This document shows positions 46,353 to 57,562 of a stretch of DNA of 64,000 nt, one piece after another (positions within the stretch are counted from its first letter, which is position 1; every line of letters starts with the position of its first letter). The stretch lies in assembly GCA_040285825.1 (NCBI GenBank), contig JAUPSS010000011.1:496001-560000 (forward strand), in the 5' to 3' direction. Origin of the DNA: Eukaryota sp. TZLM1-RC. Lineage: Eukaryota > Protista > Metamonada: BaSk clade. A program made the position numbers and the translations under genes. The notes below the pieces were generated by a model. It was not told where the DNA came from and made no database searches. It was given only the letters and a program-made list of their open reading frames with translations.

Positions 46353-47139
46353 CTACATTCCATATCCGCCTGTAGCTTCCATGGTAGCGCCTGTAATATA
46401 AGATGAAGCATCTGATGCCAAAAATTGAACCAATGAAGCAATCTCATCAACTTCACCAAATCTTCTCATTGGAATATCAGCAACTAATCTATCAATGACC
46501 TTTTGAGGGATCTTTTCAACCATGGGGGTGTTGATGAAGCCTGGCAATACAGCATTGACTCGGACATTCTTTCTTGCTGTTTCTTTTGAGAGAGCTTTGC
46601 TCATACCAATAACACCAGCCTTAGCGGCAGCATAATTGGATTGTCCTGAGGTGAGTAAAAGAGTGTTGACAGTGAAACATACCGAAACCTCCAACCTTTC
46701 CGATAATAGATGCAATATTGATAACAGATCCGCTTTGTTGAGCAGTCATGTAAGGAATAACACAGTGACAAACATTCCATACCCCCTTTAAATTTACGTC
46801 GATTACCATCTGGAACTGATCAGGGGTCATCTTTTCAAGAAGAGAATCGCGTGTTATTCCAGCGTTATTGACAACACAGTCGATCTTTCCGTGACTGTCG
46901 ACGACAGCATTGATGAACTGTTCTACGGAAGAGTGTTCAGCAACATTACAAATATGACCAGTTGCGTTGACACCTAGAGCTTTAATTTCACTGACAGCTT
47001 CATCGAGTGCTTCTTGATCTAAATCGCAAATTGCAATATGAGAACCTGCTTTAGCAAGGTGAATGGCAATGGCTCTACCGATTCCCCTTGCAGCTCCTGT
47101 AACTACAGAAACTTTATCGTTTAAGGAAAAAGAAGACAT
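46353..47139 (-). CDS. fabG: 3-oxoacyl-ACP reductase-like SDR; 37-nt intron 46646-46682
   Basis: TGAARGIG, NNAGITRD, spliced GKVGGFGQSNYAAAKAG, VNAVLPGFI. Confidence 0.9.
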
Positions 47140-47425
47140 AAAGAGTAAAGAAGTAAAATTTACAAACCTGTTTTTCAGTCATTTTTTTGTAAATGATTTA
47201 TTTCAATAAAAAGCTATACGACAAAGTTAAAACACATAGTAGACAAAACACGATATGTGGCAGAACACCGGTGTTCGAACAGGCGTGTGAAGCACGTGTT
47301 TTCAACAGATCATCACTTATGCGGTGTTTTGCACATATGTGGTTTTCTGCAACTGTTTAGTTACTGTTGTTTACCTAACAAGATCAAATCAGACTAGTTC
47401 ACTCTTTGTCTGTTTCCTCAACATA

Positions 47426-47834
47426 CTATCATTTTTCTAATAGAGCCCGGTTCTTGTTCAAAGGGTTCAATTAGAACAGTGATCGATCTATTAGAAGAGG
47501 GCTGTAATGTGAGCCCTCTGATATTCATGAACAACACTAATAAAAATACTTTTTACTGGTCAAATTGCCAAAACTAAATAAATCGACAGACTCAAGATCT
47601 TCGTCATTAGAGTCATCGTTAACAAGCTCATTACCTTCTGCATTCGTATTCACTTCTACGGTGTGATCTGAGAACCATGAAGATTATGAAGGATAATTTT
47701 TTACTCAACTCATTAAAGACAGAATTGATTCATATGGAAATAATCACCACATGTAGTTTGATCTGCTGAATAACTATAAACCAATAGTTTCAGCAGGGTT
47801 CTATTAGAACAGGGCTCAATTAGAAAAATCATGG
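47426..47834. mobile_element. Non-autonomous TA-flanked TIR element (MITE, Tc1/mariner-pogo type)
   Basis: ~29-bp imperfect TIRs (CTATCATTTTTCTAATAGAGCCCGGTTCT vs rc CCATGATTTTTCTAATTGAGCCCTGTTCT), with TA on both sides. Confidence 0.75.
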
Positions 47835-49129
47835 TAGTTCACTAATACATCAGGTCAAACTAACATCTATTATACAACAAAAAAGCCAAACTGTTAACAA
47901 GATTTCCGTGATGATAACGTATTAAAAAAAGTTGTTCAAGATCTATCTTTCAAAGACAAGATGTCCTGTTGGGGCCATTGTTGGGATTGTGGAAATTGGG
48001 AGAATTGAAAAGAACACGTGTACAAAACACGTGTTTATACTAGTTGGCAGAGGGACATAGATTATTTTGATCATTGAAAATTTCATTTTAGCATTCTTCC
48101 CCAGCAAGAAAAGGCATTTGACATTAAAATTAATAGATTGCAAATAAGAAGAAATAAAAGGGTCAATGGACATAACATTAAAAATCGTGACGTTTCCATT
48201 CAAAGCAGGAACCAAATCCCCTCTTGTCAGACCCATAGAAGCTCTGTTGTAGCGCGTACTATCAATGTACCTTACTTCTAGATGTGATAAAAGTATTTTC
48301 TTCATAATCAAATAACTAAAAAGTCACGAAAAAAAATCATGAACAATTGAGCGAAAGGTAATAAAATATTTGCAGTTTAAAATACGGGAAAGCGTAACCA
48401 CATTCTTGCAGCGACAAATTAAATCATTATGTAACGAATATGGCATAAAGAAACATCTCATTCTCATAGTGGTGGTTGATTGATAATTATTGAATAGTAG
48501 GTCATCAATATTGGGGACTCGGCGGATTAGGCAACTTGAGCAACTGTCTTTAAGGTCAATCAAAAAGTTTGAAAAAACGTAGTTTTTTTTCTTTAGCCAA
48601 GTTAGGACGTATAATTTGATCCAAGTTTTTCTCAAACTTAAGATTTTTTTCTCCCATTTTGCAAAGGTCAGTGGTAAGGAGAGCAAGCATCTTGAAGGAA
48701 GTTCCACAATATCAGAGGAAAAACATTTAGGCCAGATATTTGGTGAACGAGTTTTAATTTCTTGTTGCAAAGATATAAGATAAAAGCTGCCACAATTTTC
48801 AATGAGATCACTTTTTTCTGAAAAGCGATTCACAAATTAAAAAAAAATAAAATTTTGACCACCTCCAATAAAAGCAGCTTTACAAAGGTAGCTTGATTTA
48901 TGAAAATCAAGACCACTAAAATCTGAACCACAAAAGTGTAACTCCGTAACTGAGATGTATCAATTTCTCATAAATTGGCCAAAAAATTGGTCCTTTGTTC
49001 TTTGAAAGTACAACACAATTGCAAGGAAATAGACGGTGATGTTGAGCTCAAAATATGAGTAAACTTTCCAGAAGAACAAACTTTTAGAAAGAGAATTTCA
49101 AATGTTCTTCAATATTCAAATTCTGAATA

Positions 49130-50453
49130 CAGTAACCTCTCTATAACTTCTCGGTCTTGGGAACCAACTAAAACCGAGAACTTATAGAAAGCGAGAACTT
49201 ATACAATTCCTTGATTACTATCATTAAACCTATTGAGATTACAAGTTTATTCGATATCAATAACTTCAGATGCAATTTCATTCAACTTAGGTGTTAGAAA
49301 ATTCATCAACGGAATTTGTTTCTTCCTAAAAGCGCTTAAACACTGCAATAATTGCAGCATCGAGTGGTTGGATGTGTGAAGTGGCATTCTTTAACAAAAA
49401 CTCAGTCCTCACATTAGACAAATTTTCAGTTAAAATGTGAGATGGGGCATTATCAATGAGCAACAGAATTTGTCTTCCATTTGCTCTCATTGTTTCATTC
49501 AGTTTCTTACAGTAATCGGTAAAAATTGATGAAGTCATCCAAGCCTTTTTGTTAGCATACCACAATAAGTTCAGTGAATTGGCAGTGTTTGGTTTCATAC
49601 CGCGAGGCTTTTGAGACTTGTTGATGATACCGAGAGGCATTTTCTCTGACCCATCTGCATTTACACAAAAAACCAGAGTGATTCTTTGCTTAGAATCTTT
49701 AAAACCAGAAACGTATGATTGAGTTGTGTGAGTTTTAACAGACGTGTTTTTTCTCCAAAAAAGAGCAGCTTCGTCTAAATTCCATATGTCTTCAGATTTG
49801 TACTGAGACAATAATGGTTCCAGAGATCTTCGAAAGTCATCAACAGCCAGTTCATCAACAGAACCTGTATGTCCGTGAGGAGTAAGAACTTTTATTCCAT
49901 GTCTCTGTTTGAAAGATTCGAACCAGCCATCACCGTGTTGTAACTGGTCGCTTTTTGGAATATCCAGGACTTCATAAAGCTGTTCTGCCTTTGTTAGAAT
50001 AACATCTTCAGTGATTGTCATGAGAGCTGAGTTTGACGCAACAAACAGTGCAAGAGCAGCATCAAGGTCAGGGTGTTTTACAGAACGAACTCTCTTTGCA
50101 GATGGTCTCAAATTTTTGCCCAGGGCAAGAGCTTGCTCAAGAACTTGTGAACGTCGCTTCAAAATCTTTCCAATAGTTGTACGATGGGGTTTTGAGGGCA
50201 AGTTGAAAGTCTCTTTAGCCCAGGATGCCAAAGCAGTATTCTTTAGATGAGGATTTTTGTCAGCATATTGGATGAGGAGTGCTGACTGTTTGACACCTAT
50301 CTCTACTGGTTTCGGTTTTGGTGGTTGTGACATGAAAAAGAGAGAAGTTATAAAGCGAGAAGTTACAATTATAAATGACTAAGGGAACCAGAAAAAACGA
50401 GAATTTATAGAGAGTGAGAAGTTATATAGCGAGAAGTTATAGAGATGTTATTG
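49130..50453 (-). mobile_element. pogo/Tigger-type DNA transposon
   Basis: 24-bp TIRs CAGTAACCTCTCTATAACTTCTCG (22/24 match), TA TSD, subterminal GAGAAGTTATA repeats. Confidence 0.92.
49326..50333 (-). CDS. pogo transposase (CENP-B HTH plus DDE_1), probably C-terminally shortened
   Basis: GWFESFKQRHGI, IWNLDE, NKKAWMT, LLIDNAPSH, IQPLD. Confidence 0.9.
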   Translation of the reverse strand: MSQPPKPKPVEIGVKQSALLIQYADKNPHLKNTALASWAKETFNLPSKPHRTTIGKILKRRSQVLEQALALGKNLRPSAKRVRSVKHPDLDAALALFVASNSALMTITEDVILTKAEQLYEVLDIPKSDQLQHGDGWFESFKQRHGIKVLTPHGHTGSVDELAVDDFRRSLEPLLSQYKSEDIWNLDEAALFWRKNTSVKTHTTQSYVSGFKDSKQRITLVFCVNADGSEKMPLGIINKSQKPRGMKPNTANSLNLLWYANKKAWMTSSIFTDYCKKLNETMRANGRQILLLIDNAPSHILTENLSNVRTEFLLKNATSHIQPLDAAIIAVFKRF

Positions 50454-50554
50454 TAGATTCTAATTTATTTCCAAATTGAGTCAAAAAATTCAGAATTTGC
50501 CTTTTGACATCATCAATAATTCTGAGATAACAACCAAAAAAAATCAAACTGATT

Positions 50555-51210
50555 TTTTTTAAATAAAAATTGTATTCAAAACCTATAAATCAACATCTAA
50601 AAAATCCATCTCTCCCAGAACAAAAACACTAGATGCAACTCTCTCATAATGAGATCCAAGAGAAAGCAAAGCATCAGAAACCATCTTCAACATCCCCTTA
50701 AAAATAGAAAACACAATTCTATTTTGCCAAAACAATCTGTTGAAATTTCTGCCAGTTCTTCTCTTTACAATCATTTCAAAATCATCCAAAAAACGTAAAG
50801 CAGTTGGTGCAAGTGAACCAAAAAGGGAAAATACAAAAGGATACAAATTGTATTTTGCATGCTGTAGACTGGCCAATTTAGACAAAGGTTCATTGTATTT
50901 TTTGAATTTAAAATTTTCAGCATTTGAAAGGGGATTATGAATTTCAGAATTAACTAGCCTTTCATTTGAGGCATTACAAGGATCAACAGACATTACATCC
51001 AATAAAATGAAACTTCCATCTAATCCAGGTAATATAACATCACCTCTATTATTCTTATGAAAATCATCTTCAGCATCAAACAAATTTGACAACAGAGGTT
51101 CTAAGAAGGATTCAATTCTATGAGATTTACACATACAAAATAACTGGTCTCTTACAGCATCATGAACCTTCCTTCTAAAAGTAATAAAATGTTTACAATT
51201 TAACAAATGA
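50555..51210 (-). mobile_element. RLE retrotransposon 3' fragment, subfamily F3 (C-term DFLDVDL)
   Basis: Near-identical to 53535-54160. Confidence 0.9.
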
Positions 51211-52084
51211 TCGTGCTTAATAAAGGTGACGTTAACGTCGTTAATAAAAAAATCAATTGGTTCATCGCCAATAATCAGACATTTGGCAATATCTAATGAG
51301 AGACCAATATCTTTATAACGCTGTTGAATAAAAGTTGGTTTTTTTGAGAACTGAAAAAGGAAGAAATGACAGAAATGTCATCCATATATGTAACAATATG
51401 TATTTCTGGAAAAATTTCTTTTAATTCATACATTAAAGGATGAATTGCCAAACAAAGGAAAATGGAACCAAGCGGATTGCCCTGTTTAACACCTGAAGAA
51501 GAAAGCAGGTCAAAATATTTATAGACCAATGTTGATGATTTTCCATAAAAAATAGAGAAAAGACTCAACTTCGGAAAAATGCTTTTCCAACAAAGGAAAA
51601 TTGGAAGAACGGCATACACAATTAAAAGCATTTTTAAAATCTGAAGTAAAAATGTAATTAGAATTACTAAAATTAAAGAATACATCAGACGAAAGGCCAG
51701 TAACAGAAACACCATCAGTTGTCTTGATTCCACGATGAAAACGGATGACAAATTCTTTGGCTTTTTCCCCAATTCTTTTAATAATAAGGGAAACAAAAAT
51801 TCTGGCGAACGATTCTCCAATTGCAAATGGACGAATTCTGGATGGATTTTTCTTGAGGGGAAGTAAACGAGTACTGTTCATCTCATCAGGCTCTTTAATT
51901 TTCAAGGTAAAAAGAGTGTTGAAAAAATAGACGAGATCATCAATAAGTTCAGGTCACTGACCAGCAGCTGACTTAGTCATATCAAAATTCATCTCAAATG
52001 GTCCTGGAGCTTTTCCAACAGGCATATGATGAATGAATTTTGATACCTCTGAAGCATTCACAGGATTTTTCAACAAATATTTTA

Positions 52085-52680
52085 AAATGTTTTTACTATG
52101 ACTCGAACTGCAAGAATTTCGTGTATCAAAGAACCTTTGCCGGAAGCAACACTGTCATTAAATAATTTTGGCTCTGATGATAGAGGTGATATACACGGTG
52201 ATTGGATTGATCGCTCTGAAGCTGTTGTTGACTTTGTCTCATATATTGTTACAAATGACACTTTGGTGTAAAGGAGAAAGCTTAATCCTGTAAGTGCTCT
52301 TGAATTTAAAGCTGAAGAAAAACATAGAAAATATGACAAATACATCGAAGAAGCTAATGCTGCTAGAAATACACAACTAGTTTCTATTGTTTCCCCTTTT
52401 CTTTAAACGGGACCTATCAGTAGAAGGAGGAACCGTTTTGAATGATTTCCAAAAATTGGTTAAAGAACAAACAATGAAAAGATTTGATATCTTTTAATGG
52501 CCCTCTCGAATTCAATTTGCCATTATTAATAGATTATTTCTGTTTTTCATTCGAATTAGAGAAGCTTTAGCTAGACAGCAAGCAGATCAAGATTTTGTAG
52601 AGGAAATCTTGGTTCAATGATAGTCGTCCCATTAGTTATGAGTTAATTTCATTAAGTGTGCAAGTTTAATAAATACAAAT
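52085..52680 (+). mobile_element. RLE retrotransposon F2 3' fragment, decayed
   Basis: Ends ...QQADQDFVEEILVQ* with the conserved 3'UTR TAGTCGTCCCATTAGTTATG. Confidence 0.85.
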
Positions 52681-52847
52681 TTTGTATAGACAATGAAAGA
52701 AAATGTTTTGATACGAAAAAATTCTCTTCCTCTTTTGTTCAACAGTAACTGAGAAGGAGCCGAGGGGGTGTTTTGTGACCTTTCAAACGTGTAAATGCAC
52801 TTTCAAATAATATTATATTATATGAAATATAGCGATCACACAAGACA

Positions 52848-54360
52848 GGTTCAATTCCAAAAGCTGCAAATTTAATACACTTATGGAGTATAAAGAACAA
52901 AACAAATAAATAAATGGTATTGTTGGCGAAGTCTATCATCAAAAAAATCCTAAGGAAACTGAGCTGGTGGGCTGAGATTAATCGCACAAGATTTGAGGCA
53001 AAGATGATTCAGAGATTCAAATCCGTAATTGGTGATCCATGTCAAGTAGTTATCGGAATCGGAGACTGGGAACAACGAAAACACATGAAATTCAAAGAAC
53101 CTCACAAAGGAAAAGGTTTGAGAATTCTATTTAAAAAAGGCTCGTTATAAGGTCCTTTTGATTGATGACTTTCGAACCAATTGCTGTTGTTTCAACTGTA
53201 AGAGATCGGAGAAAACAGTTGAAACGTATCAATGGTGCAGAAATCCTAAGACATGGAAGAGGCATGAGATGTCTATTCGTCACGGGCTTACCATGTGTAA
53301 ATCATGCGAAAGTTTGTGGAATAGAGATCGAAATGCTTCGCTGAATATGTGGGTGATGATGGAATCACACGTAAATCGTGGAGATAGACCAATATACCTA
53401 CAGAGAGCCAAGGTTGATGAAGGTTCTGAAAAGAAGGTATTAAGAGTATTAAAAACTCAGAACCTCTTCATTGGTGTAAAAGGGCACTTATTTCTTTGTT
53501 ATTTTTTTTATTTAATTTTAATTTTATTCAAAACCTATAAATCAACATCTAAAAAATACATCTCCCCCAAAACAAAAACACTAGATGCAACTCTATCATA
53601 GTGAGATCCAAGAGACAGCAAAGCATCAGAAACCATCTTCAACATCCCTTTAAAAATAGAAAACACAATTCTATTTTGCCAAAACAATCTGTTGAAATTT
53701 CTGCCAGTTCTTCTCTTTACAATCAATTCAAAATCATCCAAAAAACGTAAAGCAGTTGGTGCAAGTGAACCAAAAAGGGAAAATACAAATGGATACAAAT
53801 TGTATTTTGCATGCCGTAGACTGGCCAATTTGGACAAAGGTTCATTGTATTTTTTGAGTTTGAAATTTTCAGCATTTGAAAGTGGATTATGAATTTCAGA
53901 ATTAACAAGCCTTTCATTTGAGGCATTAGAAGGATCAACAGACATTACATCCAATAAAATGAAGCTTCCATCTAATCCAGGTAATATAACATCACCTCTA
54001 TTATTCTTATGAAAATCATCTTCAGCATCAAACAGATTTGACAACAGAGGTTCCAAGAAGGATTCAATTCTATGAGATTTACACATACAATATAACTGGT
54101 CTCTTACAGCATCATGAACCTTGCTTCTAAAAGTAATAAAATGTTTACAATTTAACAAATGAGTAATTGTAATTTCTCGAGAACATTTACAAATTAAATT
54201 ATGAGGTAAATTATCAGGCCAGATAAAGGAACGAAATCTCATGTTCAGAGTCCAAGCAGAATCGGTTAAGAGAGTACCATAAACTTGGGGAATTGTTGTT
54301 ACTAAGGCAGAAGAAGTACTGTCACACATATCTTCTTTGTTATTGACATCATTTGTAAGA
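52848..54360 (+). mobile_element. Fanzor family A, copy A2 (C-terminal part and 3' end, split by F3; abuts NME7 ATG)
   Basis: LSWWAEINRTRF, IGDWEQ, IDDFRTNCCCFNC, WNRDRNASLN. The end continues after the TSD as TTCTTTGTTATTGACATCATTTGTAAGA|ATG. Confidence 0.9.
53504..54332 (-). mobile_element. RLE retrotransposon F3 3' fragment
   Basis: ORF 53535-54329; TSD TTCTTTGTTATT at 53492-53503 and 54333-54344. Confidence 0.92.
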
Positions 54361-55383
54361 ATGACTCATCCAGACCGTCTCACCTTCATTTTACACTACC
54401 ATGATCCCCAAGCGGAACTCAACCGAGTATATAACCTTCTCTTCTTTCCATCTGACAACTCTATCGAAATCCATGACCCCAAGCTTAAACGTATTTTCCT
54501 TCGTCGCATACCCTTCCCCAGTTTATCATTAAACGACTTCATCATTGGCAACTCTGTTGATATTCACTCCCGACAGATGAAAGTTGCTGACTATGGTGAC
54601 TCGTGTACCAGGGACTACCTCACTGCTTCCCAAGAGACTATCACCGTCGTCATCCCCCCTTCAAAGTTTCCTTCTTTCGGAACTATTATTCAATCCTGTC
54701 TTGATGCTAACCTCCGTCCAACCAAACTCCGTTGCTTTTCCTCCTCTTCTTGTAAGTCTCTTGACCGTCTGTCCTCATTATCCAATGAACCTAGTGGAGT
54801 GGTGTGTTTTTTCAAATTAACTGGTAATGATTGTTTAACCAAATGGGCAACTATTTCGTCTTCTTTCTCTTTACCTCCTGTTGATGACTTTTCTACCATT
54901 GAACAAGTCTTTCAATCAGTTGAATATAACCCTTGCCCTGTAGATTCTGAGAATTCCTCCTTGTTGTTAATTAAACCCCATTGTGTCAAGCATCAAAAAT
55001 GGGGCGATTTGATTGGTGACGTCATGAAAAACTTTGCTATTTCAACAATAGGCTCTTTTAATTTCACCAGAGAGCAGGCAGCTGAGTTTCTTGAAGTATA
55101 CAGGGGGGTTTTGAACGAATATGATGGATGGTGTAAAGATTTAAGTTCTGGGATGGTTGTTGCCTGTCATATCAAAGGTGATGATGTTATGATTGTCAAT
55201 CAATTACGTGATTGGGTAGGTCCAGTTGATCCTGAGATTGCTAAACAATTAGCACCAAATTCAATCAGAGCTAGATATGGTAAAAATAGAATATTTAATG
55301 CGGTTCATACCACTGATTTGATCGATGATGGGTCACTAGAGGTTCATTATTTGTTTGAATTTATGTGGAAGTATGGAAATTAA
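54361..55383 (+). CDS. NME7: Nucleoside diphosphate kinase 7 (DM10 plus NDK domains)
   Basis: DM10-like LLFFPSDNSIEIHDPK.KRIFLRR; NDK LLIKPH, APNSIRARYG, NAVHTTD. True ATG is 54361 (the track start is a TTG). Confidence 0.9.
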   Translation: MTHPDRLTFILHYHDPQAELNRVYNLLFFPSDNSIEIHDPKLKRIFLRRIPFPSLSLNDFIIGNSVDIHSRQMKVADYGDSCTRDYLTASQETITVVIPPSKFPSFGTIIQSCLDANLRPTKLRCFSSSSCKSLDRLSSLSNEPSGVVCFFKLTGNDCLTKWATISSSFSLPPVDDFSTIEQVFQSVEYNPCPVDSENSSLLLIKPHCVKHQKWGDLIGDVMKNFAISTIGSFNFTREQAAEFLEVYRGVLNEYDGWCKDLSSGMVVACHIKGDDVMIVNQLRDWVGPVDPEIAKQLAPNSIRARYGKNRIFNAVHTTDLIDDGSLEVHYLFEFMWKYGN

Positions 55384-55450
55384 CAATTGTAAAATAAATC
55401 TTTATTATTTCTTTTACTTATGTACAAAACTTTTTTTTAAAATGAATTTT

Positions 55451-57562
55451 TTAATTGTTTGTTCTGGATATTATAGAATTTTTCACTTTAATTACATGCC
55501 TTAATGAATCAATAGTCATGTTACTGGAATTGGTCTTATTTAAAAGTTCCTTGTTGAAAATGTTCATTGACAGAAATCCCAAAAAACTAACAAAAAGTAA
55601 ACAAATTGAAATAACAAACAACAAAAGAGGATTTAAACCAAATGAAATAATAAATTCTCCAATTGAAGAGCCCTTTAAATGATTTTTAAACTCCGAGAAG
55701 GGCGAAATAGCTTCAAAAGGTCCACAATTATGGTTTAAAAAGAAAGAAAAATAAATAATATTTGCCACCAACAGCCCAGTTACCAAAGAAAAAAGCAAGC
55801 TGAAAATAAAACCAATTGATTCTGTCCTGAAGTGATCTTTAGGTCTTTTTAAAAACACATTTAAATACAATCGATCCCACTTTGTTGTTAAAAAAGCTAA
55901 AATTACTGCAATTACACTTGTAAATGGAGAATAAGGTAATACTAAACAGCAGAGAGCATATTGGTAAAGGACACGTAAGCCAGCATCAGCTACCACGAAT
56001 TCCTGGGTTTTCTCTTGTTTTTGGTCTTTGTTTTGCTCTTTTTTTGACCACCTTTTGATGGAGCTTCTAACAATCGCTATAAACAAAGGAGAGAGCTTTT
56101 CAACAATAAAAACTGTTAGAATGAGATTTGTTAATTGGTTACCAACAAAATCAAGCCCGCAGTCGAACTGAGAGTCAGAATACCTGGAATTTAAAACAGA
56201 AAGATAAGCATATCCAATGTTGCAAATATTAAAAAACCTAAACAAAAATAATCTTTTAATTCTTTTTTGATTAACTTCAGCAGGGTTAGGGTTTGATTCC
56301 AAATAAAGAGTGAACGAAATAATTCTAGGGGACAAAAGGTTCAAAAAAGCAAGAATTAATGAGACTATGACGTTTCCAAGGAAAGAGAGAGCCCCTGACC
56401 ATATTTCTATCACAAACTGTCGAACGACATCAGCATACAAGATAACTAAAAGGATTGTAGCAGCAGTAACGACAGTGTAACCAATCAAAACAACTAAAGC
56501 AATCAACCGTTTGACTTTCAAAGACCAACCTCTGTACACTTCACCAAGCTTCTGTTGCCTGGCTGATTCCTCATTAAGGTTAACCAAAAGTGATTCTGTC
56601 ATCAAGTTCTGTTGAACAGAAGTGGGTTCAGTCCCAGCAATGTTCCAATTCCAACCAAACACTATTGAAGCAAAAGTATATGAATCTGATGAAGTTGAGG
56701 CAGACTTGGCCATGACTTTGTAGTACAAAAGTCCAGAATTTAAAACAAAAAAACCAGAAAATATTATCAACAGAATCATTGTGCCATAAATAAATAACAA
56801 GTAAAGAAATTCCAGAGATGAATTTAATTCAGATAGCTTGAAAAAAACAGGATATGGTCCAATAAAAGGAGCAAACTTACCACCAGAGATTACACTGACT
56901 AACATGGGTAAGGATAGCAACGAGCAGATTAAGAAACAAGAAAACACAAACCTTGAGAATTGGAAATGGAAAGCACAGGTTGTCCCGTGAGATTTCTCGA
57001 CTGAGTAAACGTCACTTGAGAGAAAAGGGAACAATGACGATAGAAAGGTCAAAAAAGAAGTCACTTTTGATCTGATAGAAACCTTATCAACGTTATCAAT
57101 AGGAATACTAAGTTCGCCATCGTCAACCATTGCTTTCCTCAACTCTTCTATTTCTTTAAGCGCTCGTTTCCTTCCATAAGAAAGATTTTCTTTCTGGCTT
57201 TTACTTCTCTTCAGTAAGAGCGGATCTGGGCGGTTAGACTTGGAGGTGGCATCACGAACCAGGGCTTCTTGGTCATTGAGGAGTTCCTTGAGGGCTGAGG
57301 AGTGCCGTTTTTCCTTTTGTACTTTGTTTCTTAGCTTCGTGATGTGTTCTTTGGCAAGAGAAAGAGAGTTTTCGAGTTGGGTGATTCTCTGCTTCATGTC
57401 TGGAACATTCTTTTTAGAGGACGAAGAGGTGAAAGTGGTTGTTGGATCTGCATCAGAGGTAGGCCCTATCTGATTGGGTAGCAATTCAAGTTCAGTAAGA
57501 TCGCTCGGTGTAACATTCGTGGGTTCGGATGTATCAGGAGATATATTGTCAGTGTCTGACAT
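55451..57562 (-). CDS. Transmembrane channel-like (TMC) protein
   Basis: VEKSHG...FQFSRF, LES, CGLDFVGNQL, EF.VAD..LRVLYQ...PYSP, CGPF; multiple TM helices. Confidence 0.8.
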   Translation of the reverse strand: MSDTDNISPDTSEPTNVTPSDLTELELLPNQIGPTSDADPTTTFTSSSSKKNVPDMKQRITQLENSLSLAKEHITKLRNKVQKEKRHSSALKELLNDQEALVRDATSKSNRPDPLLLKRSKSQKENLSYGRKRALKEIEELRKAMVDDGELSIPIDNVDKVSIRSKVTSFLTFLSSLFPFLSSDVYSVEKSHGTTCAFHFQFSRFVFSCFLICSLLSLPMLVSVISGGKFAPFIGPYPVFFKLSELNSSLEFLYLLFIYGTMILLIIFSGFFVLNSGLLYYKVMAKSASTSSDSYTFASIVFGWNWNIAGTEPTSVQQNLMTESLLVNLNEESARQQKLGEVYRGWSLKVKRLIALVVLIGYTVVTAATILLVILYADVVRQFVIEIWSGALSFLGNVIVSLILAFLNLLSPRIISFTLYLESNPNPAEVNQKRIKRLFLFRFFNICNIGYAYLSVLNSRYSDSQFDCGLDFVGNQLTNLILTVFIVEKLSPLFIAIVRSSIKRWSKKEQNKDQKQEKTQEFVVADAGLRVLYQYALCCLVLPYSPFTSVIAVILAFLTTKWDRLYLNVFLKRPKDHFRTESIGFIFSLLFSLVTGLLVANIIYFSFFLNHNCGPFEAISPFSEFKNHLKGSSIGEFIISFGLNPLLLFVISICLLFVSFLGFLSMNIFNKELLNKTNSSNMTIDSLRHVIKVKNSIISRTNN

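Larger units (their letters stand above)
48050..52080 (-). mobile_element. Decayed RLE retrotransposon (divergent subfamily) interrupted by pogo and an F3 fragment
   Basis: Fragments GKAPGP, RPFAIGES, DFKNAFN, GVKQGNPLG, YMDD, MRMRCF and GLTRGDL occur in order. Confidence 0.8.
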
